In this document: piece after piece, positions 56,356 to 64,000 of the stretch | Numbering within the stretch: the stretch's first letter is position 1 | How the letters are laid out: every line of letters starts with the position of its first letter | Assembly (NCBI GenBank): GCA_013297755.1 | Contig: JAAFIH010000003.1 | Location: forward strand, 27,657-91,656 | DNA from: Cytophagales bacterium | GTDB taxonomy: Bacteria; Bacteroidota; Bacteroidia; Cytophagales; UBA9547 | Direction of reading: 5' to 3' | DNA length: 64,000 nt | The notes under the pieces: generated by a model | What the model was told of the DNA's origin: nothing | Databases searched by the model: none | The model's input: only the letters and a program-made list of their open reading frames with translations | Program-made: the position numbers and the translations under genes

Positions 56356-58575
56356 TTATGGCAATTTTATTACTATTCTTGTAGCACAATTTTTTACCAA
56401 AATACATTGATTGGTATAAGAAAAATCTAATTTTTTGCCCTTATCATCTCTAATTTCTGTTGGTTTTGATTTGCTGTAAGCCGCAAAATCACCTCCTTCA
56501 TTTAAAATCACTTCATAATTATCTTTATTTTGGCTATATTTTAATACTGTTTTGGGGGCATTGTACTTTTCTACTAACCCTATAGGTGCAAAATCATTTT
56601 TTAACGGAATAAAATAATATAATTGATGCCCCAATCTATCAAGTTGAATATCAAAACTCATTTTATTATCAGTAATTTTTATTAATTTTTTATAATAATC
56701 GTACACTATAAATGTGTCAGATTGTAGCTCTGGTATATCGCTTATCGAAAAAGTACCCTTGATTGAATCTGCATCTGCTGTATTAAAAATAGCCAGTAAG
56801 CCTATACCATTACTTTTACTGAATACTTTTAATGGCTTGGTTTCTAGCACATTAAACAAACAATCTTCGGTAGGCATGGCTGGTTGATCTGTACGAATAA
56901 TTGTACCATTTTTATAAATTAATTTTGAAATAACATCCATATTTTGAAGCCCAGGTGTATCTGTAATATACACAGGCCCACCACTCATGGCACGTGCTAC
57001 TGCATGATATTGTGCCTGTGGGTGGTGTGATTGAAACATATCAAAATCTGGCCAAACCATTTGGCTCCACCAAGTAGCATTAAATACATTGCAAAGTACA
57101 TGGATGGCCGCATTGCCAGATTCCATTTTGTAAGTAAAATTTTCTGGAAAAAAATCTTCAGACGAGCGAGCCACAGCCGAACTTTTATAATTGTAGACTG
57201 CATCTGTTGTCATATCCATACAATTAATCACATGTCCATCGAAATATTTTTTTACAGCATCCTGCATATTATTTTGTAGGTTGGCAGCACCCTCAAAAAA
57301 TGTGATATTGTTTCTACAAATTCTATCCGCCACCAATTGATTGTCTACTTTTACAAAGTCTACACCTTCGTTTTTCAAGTAATCATACCAATCATTATAA
57401 AACTGAAATCCTTGAGCGTTTTTTGGACTAGGAGCAAAAAATGTACTATCTTGTTTATTAGCCCATGCCACTTTGTCTTGGTAAGAAACCAGTAAATGAT
57501 AATACTTTTTTCCAATCTCTGAATTTGGATCTATACCAGCCCAGTAGCCATTGAAAGCATGCCAAACTCCCACACTTTGCACACCATATTTGGTTTTGGC
57601 AATGGAAATTGTATTTTTTAAACCTTTAGGAAATTTAGATTTTGATACCTCCAACGACTGCAACATACCTGTACCATAAGCACTTACTTGGCTCCAGCCA
57701 TCGTCTATCAATAAGTTTGGCAATACAAATCCTTTTTTCTTAAAACTTTCTAATCCAAGCAATATTTTTTGTTCATCCACCGTGTGCATAAAACTATTCC
57801 AGGTACACCACATCAATTTTTCAAATTTGGCGGGAAATGATTTATTTTTTCTTAAAGAGGCCTCTTTATTGATCGATGTCAAACCTATTTGGTAGATTTT
57901 TTCAAACAACTTGTATGGATTTTTATCAAATGCTATGGCCACCAGAGGCACATTTTGAGCTTCAATGTTTGGCATTAAACTACGAGTTTTGGCACATAGT
58001 TTGCCATCTTCGGTTTTGCCTATGGTTGTCATGTAGCCATTTCCACCCAAAGGCATCATGGCTGCATATAGGCTGTCGGTATATTTCCAATAAAAAAATT
58101 GGTTATCACTAGGCTTCAAACTATCTATGTTTTCGATAAGTTGAGGATAAGTCCATGCTTTGACAGAACCATATTTATAAAAAGCAGTGCCTTTTTCAAA
58201 ACCTGGGATTGAATCAAAGCTAAGCCCAACAAAATTATCTCCATTGGTTGATTTTTGATTTCCTTTGGTAGAAATAGAAAATATAAGCGTGTTTTGAGAG
58301 GGAAAAGCCTGTAAACCAATTTCGATGGGTTGAATGGACAAATCACTTGTAAACGATATTGTTTGTGAACTATCTTTTGCAGAAACAGATACCGTTTGGA
58401 TAGTCATTTTTTTGTCTTGAATATAAGGTAAACCCAAGCCAAGTCGTAATTTTTGATTGTTAAATATTTGAAGAGCATTTTTTTCTATACCAGACCCAAA
58501 ATCCTCGTTTGGCGTTGATGTGTTGCAACCATACATAAATGCTAAAAATAATATAAGAATAAAATGAGGTTTCAT
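56356..58575 (-). CDS. GH36 raffinose synthase / Sip1-family lipoprotein (alpha-galactosidase-like)
   Basis: Lipobox FMYGCN. LLIDDGWSQ, GVDFVKVDNQ (KxD nucleophile region), ARSSEDFFP, WPDFDMFQSHHP. The last closely resembles the plant PDWDMF(H/Q)S.HP motif. Confidence 0.75.
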   Translation of the reverse strand: MKPHFILILFLAFMYGCNTSTPNEDFGSGIEKNALQIFNNQKLRLGLGLPYIQDKKMTIQTVSVSAKDSSQTISFTSDLSIQPIEIGLQAFPSQNTLIFSISTKGNQKSTNGDNFVGLSFDSIPGFEKGTAFYKYGSVKAWTYPQLIENIDSLKPSDNQFFYWKYTDSLYAAMMPLGGNGYMTTIGKTEDGKLCAKTRSLMPNIEAQNVPLVAIAFDKNPYKLFEKIYQIGLTSINKEASLRKNKSFPAKFEKLMWCTWNSFMHTVDEQKILLGLESFKKKGFVLPNLLIDDGWSQVSAYGTGMLQSLEVSKSKFPKGLKNTISIAKTKYGVQSVGVWHAFNGYWAGIDPNSEIGKKYYHLLVSYQDKVAWANKQDSTFFAPSPKNAQGFQFYNDWYDYLKNEGVDFVKVDNQLVADRICRNNITFFEGAANLQNNMQDAVKKYFDGHVINCMDMTTDAVYNYKSSAVARSSEDFFPENFTYKMESGNAAIHVLCNVFNATWWSQMVWPDFDMFQSHHPQAQYHAVARAMSGGPVYITDTPGLQNMDVISKLIYKNGTIIRTDQPAMPTEDCLFNVLETKPLKVFSKSNGIGLLAIFNTADADSIKGTFSISDIPELQSDTFIVYDYYKKLIKITDNKMSFDIQLDRLGHQLYYFIPLKNDFAPIGLVEKYNAPKTVLKYSQNKDNYEVILNEGGDFAAYSKSKPTEIRDDKGKKLDFSYTNQCILVKNCATRIVIKLP

Positions 58576-58591
58576 AAATGATAAAAATAAA

Positions 58592-58620
58592 AAAGGCTAT
58601 TCAGAATTTGAATAGCCTTT
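58592..58620 (-). terminator. Intrinsic terminator after the Bor-like gene
   Basis: AAAGGCTATTC (58592-58602) pairs with GAATAGCCTTT (58610-58620). A T-run follows on the minus strand. Confidence 0.7.
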
Positions 58621-58628
58621 TTGAAAAA

Positions 58629-58913
58629 TTACTTTTTAACAGTTACTGTCCTAGATCCAACTAATCCAAAAGTTACAGAATTGATTAAATAGTCGACAAA
58701 ATTATGTCTAGTATCTACACTGTAATTAGCAGCTCCACCAGCCATTGTTTTTGTATCAGCTTCAGAAATTCTATTTCCTAAAATATACCATGACTTGCTT
58801 TTGATAACTTCAGAACCTTTAGCGCCTTCACCAACAACATGAGTATTGATATAACAAGAATTCAAAGCTACAACTAAAAACAAAGATGATACCGTAATAA
58901 TAACCTTTTTCAT
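58629..58913 (-). CDS. Bor/Iss-like small lipoprotein
   Basis: 94 aa, lipobox ALNSCY. The C-terminal half (GGAANYSVDTRHNFVDYLINSVTFGLVGSRTVTV) is collinear with lambda Bor (GGAENVVKTETQQTFVNGLLGFITLGIY) as I remember it. Confidence 0.55.
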   Translation of the reverse strand: MKKVIITVSSLFLVVALNSCYINTHVVGEGAKGSEVIKSKSWYILGNRISEADTKTMAGGAANYSVDTRHNFVDYLINSVTFGLVGSRTVTVKK

Positions 58914-58990
58914 TTTTTTTAAAATTTATTGTTAAACATTTCGCAATAATAAAAAACAATGTAAAATAATCCAATTTATTTTATTTTTTT

Positions 58991-60301
58991 TTATTCATTT
59001 CCTTTCAAAGCATTGGCATATACTTCCAAAACTCGCTTTCTGGCAAATTCATGTATTACTATTGGTTTTGCATATTTGAAGGGGTCGTTAAACTCTGGCA
59101 CCCATTTTTTGATATATTTCAATTCTTTGTCAAATCTTTCGGTCTGCAAATAAGGGTTGAAAACCCTAAAATATGGAGCAGCATCGCAGCCAGAGCCTGC
59201 TGCCCATTGCCAGCCACCATTGTTGGCACTGAGGTCGAAATCTAGTAATTTTTTGGCAAAATAGGCTTCGCCCCACCGCCAGTCAATGAGCAAATGTTTG
59301 GTAAGAAAACTGGCAACTACCATGCGCACACGATTGTGCATAAAGCCAGTTGCATTGAGTTCTCGCATGCCTGCATCTACAATGGGGTAGCCAGTATGGC
59401 CAGTACACCAAGCCTTAAATTCAGTTTCGTTATTTCTCCATTGTATTTTGTCATATTCTGGTCTGAAAGCTCCTTTTACGACATGTGGAAAGTGATGCAA
59501 AATAGACATATAAAAATCACGCCAAATAAGTTCATTAAGCCAAGTTTCGTTTAGCAAAAATGCTTTTTGAGCCAACTGACGAATACTTACTGTGCCAAAT
59601 CGTAAATGGACACTCAGCCTCGAAGTTCCTAAAATGGCGGGCAAATCCCTTTGTTCTGAGTATTTTTTTACAATATTTTCATTTAATACTGATGCTGGAA
59701 AACTTACTTCTGTTGGCTCAAAACCCATCTCTTGAAGTGAAATCAAAGAAGTAGTTTCTGAATTTAGGAAATTTGAAAAAAATTTTTCGTTTGGGTAAGA
59801 TTTCAGAAAATAAGGTGTAATTTTTGATTTCCATTTTTTACTGTAAGGAGTAAATACTGTGTAGGGTTTGCCATCATCTTTTACTACTTCTTGTTTTTCA
59901 AAAATAGACTGATCTTTGTAGGTTTCAAATGTTATATTTTTTTGAGATAATAAAGTTCTTATTTGCTCGTCTCTAGTATTGGCATAAGGCTCGTAATCAT
60001 GATTGGTAAAAACTGCGTTTATTTGATAATTAGTACTAAGTTCGTTCCAAATTTGGGCAGGATTACCATATTTTACTATCAAATTACTACCCAAAACCTT
60101 GAGTTGTTGTTGTAAACCAAGCAAAGTTTGATGTATAAATTGTACCCTTTTATCGGTTTTATCTTCTAATTTTGCTAAAATTTCAGTATCAAAAATAAAA
60201 ATGGGTAGTACAGGAAAAGGTGATTTTAGGGCATGATACAAACCAGCGTTGTCGTGTAATCGCAAATCTCTGCGAAACCAAAAGATGTTTATTTTTGTCA
60301 T
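58991..60301 (-). CDS. phrB: Deoxyribodipyrimidine photolyase / cryptochrome family protein
   Basis: IFWFRRDLRLHDN at the N-terminus. FAD-binding region TGYPIVDAGMREL..TGFMHNRVRMVVASFL...DWRWGE..F...LLD.D...N.GGWQW. Confidence 0.9.
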   Translation of the reverse strand: MTKINIFWFRRDLRLHDNAGLYHALKSPFPVLPIFIFDTEILAKLEDKTDKRVQFIHQTLLGLQQQLKVLGSNLIVKYGNPAQIWNELSTNYQINAVFTNHDYEPYANTRDEQIRTLLSQKNITFETYKDQSIFEKQEVVKDDGKPYTVFTPYSKKWKSKITPYFLKSYPNEKFFSNFLNSETTSLISLQEMGFEPTEVSFPASVLNENIVKKYSEQRDLPAILGTSRLSVHLRFGTVSIRQLAQKAFLLNETWLNELIWRDFYMSILHHFPHVVKGAFRPEYDKIQWRNNETEFKAWCTGHTGYPIVDAGMRELNATGFMHNRVRMVVASFLTKHLLIDWRWGEAYFAKKLLDFDLSANNGGWQWAAGSGCDAAPYFRVFNPYLQTERFDKELKYIKKWVPEFNDPFKYAKPIVIHEFARKRVLEVYANALKGNE

Positions 60302-60410
60302 TTTAATATAACTTGAAGTTAAAAAAAATGTTCTGAATAAAGAATAAAAATCTTATAATTATTACTTTTAAGAATAAAAAGCTATCAAAATGATTCATAT
60401 TGGTAACTTA

Positions 60411-60499
60411 ATGTCGTTTAATATAAGCATTTTTTTATGCCTCTATCTTAGTCTTTTCCAAAAGAGAAAGATAATCTGATTCTTATGTAAACGACATGG
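60411..60499. mobile_element. Family-1 MITE-like palindromic element, copy B (89 bp) with a perfect 12-bp flanking direct repeat
   Basis: TIR ATGTCGTTTA (60411-20) / TAAACGACAT (60488-97). Direct repeat ATTGGTAACTTA at 60399-60410 and 60500-60511. The core matches copy A at about 88 percent by eye. Confidence 0.7.
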
Positions 60500-60616
60500 A
60501 TTGGTAACTTACAAAAATTGTATTTTTTTGCAGAAACTGTATCTTATATCTTTCATAAGAAGTTGAAATCTTAAGAACATTGTTTTTCTTGAGCTTCAAT
60601 AAATAAACATATTATA

Positions 60617-61237
60617 CTAAACCCAGTTGTTTAATTTTGCTAATCCAATAGCATCTTCTTTATTGTTTACTTCTAATTTTAGATATATATTTTTGATATG
60701 AAATTTTACAGTGTCAAGCGAAATATCAAAAGTAGAAGCAATAGTTTTGTAAGATTTTCCAGCTGCTAAAGACTGCAAAACTTCAAATTCACGTGCCTTG
60801 AGAGGTGTTTTGTTGTTTTTTTGAAATGATTTAACAACACATCTTGCAATATTGGCACTCATGGGCGAACCACCATTGATGATGTCGTCTAAAGCCAAGA
60901 AAAAATCTTTGTGGCTGCTATTTTTTGTAATATATCCAGTGGCTCCTGCACAAAGTGCAGCAAAAACTAAGTCGCTTTTTTCATATACAGTATTTATAAG
61001 AATTTCACATTTTGGTAATTTTTGTTTCAATATTTTTGTACCTTCAATGCCACTCATGCCAGGCAAATCTATATCCATTATTACAATAGCAGGATTTAAC
61101 TCAACGATAGTGTCAAACGATGTTTCACAATTTGAAAATGCTCCTACAAGTTGATATTTTTCGGAATTGGAAAACATAAATGAATAACCTTCTTTTAAAT
61201 CCTCATTGTCTTCGATTATTACAATTTTTGAAAACAT
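60617..61237 (-). CDS. NarL/FixJ (LuxR-type HTH) response regulator
   Basis: REC domain (IIEDNEDL...VIMDIDLPGMSG...T.Y) and C-terminal LuxR HTH (REFEVLQSLAAGKSYKTIASTFDISLDTVKFHIKNIYLKL). No kinase gene is adjacent. Confidence 0.9.
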   Translation of the reverse strand: MFSKIVIIEDNEDLKEGYSFMFSNSEKYQLVGAFSNCETSFDTIVELNPAIVIMDIDLPGMSGIEGTKILKQKLPKCEILINTVYEKSDLVFAALCAGATGYITKNSSHKDFFLALDDIINGGSPMSANIARCVVKSFQKNNKTPLKAREFEVLQSLAAGKSYKTIASTFDISLDTVKFHIKNIYLKLEVNNKEDAIGLAKLNNWV

Positions 61238-61356
61238 ATTACAAAATGAATATTAAATTTAAAAAATCAATAAATTAACATTACTTTTAATACAAATTTA
61301 AAACTTACATCTGTTTCTATACTTGTCCACTTCAATTATTGATTTAAGTACATTAT

Positions 61357-61504
61357 GGACCTTCAAAAAAAGCCAAAATATTTTCACAATTCTGCATCCA
61401 AACCAATTTTGCAACCACACAGCGTGGCTTTTAACCTCTGTTTTGCCACAATACACTGAATCCAAGAGAGCGTACTTCTTATGAATTGAGTTTTTAGAAG
61501 TTCC
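61357..61504. repeat. Family-2 element (copy 3, 148 bp) with an extra GC-richer insert in the apical region
   Basis: GGACCTTCAAAAAAAGCC...CATCCAAACCAATTTTGC...CCAAGAGAGCG...GAATTGAGTTTTTAGAAGTTCC is collinear with 44406-44520. The insert 61412-61460 has its own hairpin CCAC-ACAGC-GTGG. It ends 5 nt from the ribBA stop. Confidence 0.55.
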
Positions 61505-61509
61505 TGTTA

Positions 61510-62718
61510 TTACAAATTATTTTTCAATATAGAGTGTCCCAACTTATCTCTTTTTGTTTCCAAATATTTTTGATTATGCAAATTTGGTACAGTTTCTATG
61601 GCTATGCTATCTACAATCTCGAGACCATAGCCAAGCAATCCTGCCCTTTTTCGAGGGTTATTGGATATAAGTTTAATTTTGGATACACCCAAATCACGCA
61701 ATATTTGAGCTCCTACGCCATAATCTCTTTCGTCCATACCAAATCCTAATTTTATATTGGCTTCTACAGTATCAAGCCCTGTTTCTTGCAATTTATAGGC
61801 TTTTAGTTTGTTTATAAGGCCAATGCCTCTTCCCTCTTGGTTCATATACAATACTACGCCTTTGCCCTCATTCTCGACCATTGTCATGGCAGCGTGTAGT
61901 TGTTCTCCACAATCGCAGCGACAAGAGCCAAAAATATCGCCAGTGGCACACGAGGAATGTACCCTTACCAAGATGGGTTCATCTTTTTGCCAAGCACCTT
62001 TGATAAGTGCCAAATGCTCTTCGCCAGTATTGATTTGTTTATAGGCTATCAAATCAAAATTGCCCCATTTTGTAGGAAGTGCTATCGAAATTTCACGTTT
62101 TATGAGCGATTCGTGGGTAAGTCTATATTCTATTAAATCTTTTATTGATACCAATTTCATGCCAAATTTGTCGGCAATTATTCTCAAATCGGGCAATCGA
62201 GCCATAGTACCATCTTCTTTTAGCACCTCTACCAAAACCCCAGATGGACTAAGGCCAGCCAATCGAGCAAAATCTAAAGTAGCCTCTGTATGCCCTGTTC
62301 TGCGTAGTACTCCCCCATTTTTGGCTTTTAATGGAAAAATATGACCTGGTTTACCCAAATCGTCTGGTTTGGTGTTTTTATCAACAAGTGCTTGTATGGT
62401 TTTGGCTCTATCTTGAGCAGATATGCCTGTTGTGCATCCGTTGCCAAGCAAATCTACCGAAACTGTGAAAGGTGTAGTATGGGTTGATGTATTGTTGCCA
62501 ACCATCATTTGCAATCCTAACTCTGCACATCGCTCTTCGGTAAGCGACACACATATAAGACCACGAGCTTCTTTGGTCATAAAATTGATAATTTCAGGCG
62601 TTACCAAATCTGAAGCACATATCATGTCGCCTTCGTTTTCTCGGTCTTCGTCATCAACTACAATAATAATTTTACCATTTTTGATGTCTTTTATGGCATC
62701 TTCTATTTTGTCTAACAA
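61510..62718 (-). CDS. ribBA: Bifunctional 3,4-dihydroxy-2-butanone-4-phosphate synthase / GTP cyclohydrolase II
   Basis: [19 protein letters not shown] (RibB half). [32 protein letters not shown] (RibA half). Confidence 0.95.
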   Translation of the reverse strand: MLDKIEDAIKDIKNGKIIIVVDDEDRENEGDMICASDLVTPEIINFMTKEARGLICVSLTEERCAELGLQMMVGNNTSTHTTPFTVSVDLLGNGCTTGISAQDRAKTIQALVDKNTKPDDLGKPGHIFPLKAKNGGVLRRTGHTEATLDFARLAGLSPSGVLVEVLKEDGTMARLPDLRIIADKFGMKLVSIKDLIEYRLTHESLIKREISIALPTKWGNFDLIAYKQINTGEEHLALIKGAWQKDEPILVRVHSSCATGDIFGSCRCDCGEQLHAAMTMVENEGKGVVLYMNQEGRGIGLINKLKAYKLQETGLDTVEANIKLGFGMDERDYGVGAQILRDLGVSKIKLISNNPRKRAGLLGYGLEIVDSIAIETVPNLHNQKYLETKRDKLGHSILKNNL

Positions 62719-62778
62719 AGTATAAAAAAGTTTAAAAGATGATATAAGATAAGTATAATAAATTTATTAAAGGCAGAA

Positions 62779-63657
62779 TTATATAACTACTCCACTTGTA
62801 GTAGTACCTTGAGCTATTTTGCCAACGAGCCCTTGCAGTACTTTGCCGGGACCACATTCTATAAACTCTGTGGCCCCATTTGCAACCATTTTTTGTACAG
62901 ATTGTGTCCACATAACAGAGCCTGTAAGTTGAGCAATTAAATTTTCTTTTATTACTTCTACATCGCTAGAGGGCATGGCGTTTACATTTTGATAAACAGC
63001 ACAAACAGGGGTAGAAAAGTGCGTATTTTTAATGGCCTCTTCTAGTTGTACCCTGGCAGGCTCCATCAAAGGCGAATGAAAAGCTCCACCCACAGGTAGA
63101 GGCAAAGCTCGTTTAGCTCCAGAAGCTTTAAGTTGTTCGCAAGCCATTTCTATGCCTTTAGCAGAGCCAGAAATAACCAACTGCCCTGGACAATTAAAAT
63201 TGGCAGCTACCACAATTTCACTCGTAATATTTTTGCAAATATCCACCACTACATCGTCTGCAAGACCAAGAATGGCAGCCATGCCACCAGCTGCATACTC
63301 GCAGGCAACTTGCATAGCAAGCGCCCTTTTTGAAACTAATTTTAAGCCATCTTCAAATGAAAGAGCTCCATTGGCAACCAAAGCCGAAAACTCTCCTAAA
63401 GAGTGCCCAGCCACCATTTGAGGTTGGATATTGGCTACTTTGGCCAATATTACTGAATGTAAAAAAATAGCAGGTTGGGTTACTTTTGTTTGTTTTAGTT
63501 CTTCGTCTGTGCCTTCAAACATAGTTTTGGTAATGTCGAAACCCAAAATCGAATTTGCTTTTAAAAATAATTCTTGTGCTAAAGGATATTTTTCAAATAA
63601 ATCCTTGCCCATACCTACAAATTGAGCTCCTTGTCCAGGGAAAATATATGCTTTCAT
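62779..63657 (-). CDS. fabD: Malonyl-CoA:ACP transacylase
   Basis: FPGQGAQFVGMG, GHSLGEFSALV (active-site Ser), AFHSPLM. 292 aa. Confidence 0.95.
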   Translation of the reverse strand: MKAYIFPGQGAQFVGMGKDLFEKYPLAQELFLKANSILGFDITKTMFEGTDEELKQTKVTQPAIFLHSVILAKVANIQPQMVAGHSLGEFSALVANGALSFEDGLKLVSKRALAMQVACEYAAGGMAAILGLADDVVVDICKNITSEIVVAANFNCPGQLVISGSAKGIEMACEQLKASGAKRALPLPVGGAFHSPLMEPARVQLEEAIKNTHFSTPVCAVYQNVNAMPSSDVEVIKENLIAQLTGSVMWTQSVQKMVANGATEFIECGPGKVLQGLVGKIAQGTTTSGVVI

Positions 63658-63696
63658 TTTTGTTGTTAAATATTACTTTAATTGTTATTTTTTATA

Positions 63697-64000
63697 TTAC
63701 CACTCCATCATTCCACCCAATCCCATTCTTGCCTGAATACCTGTAAGTTTTTCTAATTTTTTATAATTCATAAATGGATTATAAAACAGGCCTAATTGAT
63801 TTTTTAATGCCGATATTTTAGATTCTGTGGCTAGTTGATCTACTATTTTTTCTAAGAAATCTTTTTGCAAAGGTCTGTACTCAATGGTATAGTTTGTATC
63901 CGTTTTGGCAAGTTGAGCTGCCAATACTATGGCTTCGTTGATACCCCCAAACTCGTCTACAAGGCCATTTTCTTTGGCTTCGGCCCCACTCCACACTCTA
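63697..64000 (-). CDS. sppA: Signal peptide peptidase SppA, C-terminal part; gene continues beyond the window end
   Basis: WSGAEAKENGLVDEFGGINEAI matches the SppA C-terminal (V)W(S/T)G..A...GLVDE.GG motif. The reading frame is open to the window edge. Confidence 0.65.
   Translation of the reverse strand, partial: RVWSGAEAKENGLVDEFGGINEAIVLAAQLAKTDTNYTIEYRPLQKDFLEKIVDQLATESKISALKNQLGLFYNPFMNYKKLEKLTGIQARMGLGGMMEW

Noticed and set aside
62719-62778. FMN riboswitch expected upstream of ribBA
   Set aside because: Only about 60 nt separate ribBA from fabD, which is too short for an FMN element. No conserved FMN-riboswitch-like sequence is visible.
1-64000. tRNA, rRNA, tmRNA, integrase, transposase or prophage genes
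   Set aside because: I scanned the intergenic regions for T-loop-like GGTTCGAAT/GTTCAAATC motifs and GC-rich cloverleaf-sized islands and found none. No ORF shows recombinase, transposase or phage structural motifs.

Overview
AT-rich (roughly one-third G+C by eye) chromosomal segment that looks like Bacteroidota (Flavobacteriia/Cytophagia type). Support: T9SS C-terminal sorting domains on several secreted proteins, a CarboxypepD_reg-type TonB-dependent receptor, a eukaryote-type GH13 branching enzyme, and TAnnTTTG -7 promoter boxes about 25 nt upstream of several start codons. About 47 protein-coding genes are supported. Housekeeping genes: Mur ligase (partial), glgB, trpB, rfbC, queE, agmatine deiminase, lhgO, photolyase, ribBA, fabD, sppA (partial). 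Accessory envelope genes: two giant LamG/Ig-repeat T9SS cargo proteins (1554 and about 2920 aa), TamB, a DUF1800/DUF1501 pair, an MbnP-like/di-haem peroxidase pair, a lysine-rich repeat protein and several lipoproteins. I found no rRNA, tRNA, CRISPR array, integrase, transposase or recognisable phage or defence operon. The most unusual content is non-coding: (1) two families of small TIR-plus-direct-repeat-flanked palindromic elements (MITE-like), five to six copies including one nested composite; (2) a 445-nt heptanucleotide array (63 units of CTACNAA) that starts on the stop codon of the agmatine deiminase gene; (3) six tandem 33-bp repeats abutting the promoter of an AAA-ATPase/PD-(D/E)xK-like gene; (4) a promoter-to-terminator unit with nested hairpins that could be an sRNA. 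Protein-level oddities are a Tat-signal plus T9SS-CTD DUF1501 protein with a signal-less DUF1800 partner, a basic xxGD(I/L)-repeat secreted protein, and a plant-type raffinose-synthase/Sip1 GH36 gene 1 nt from an O-methyltransferase gene. All functional calls rest on motifs read from the translations; no database search was run.
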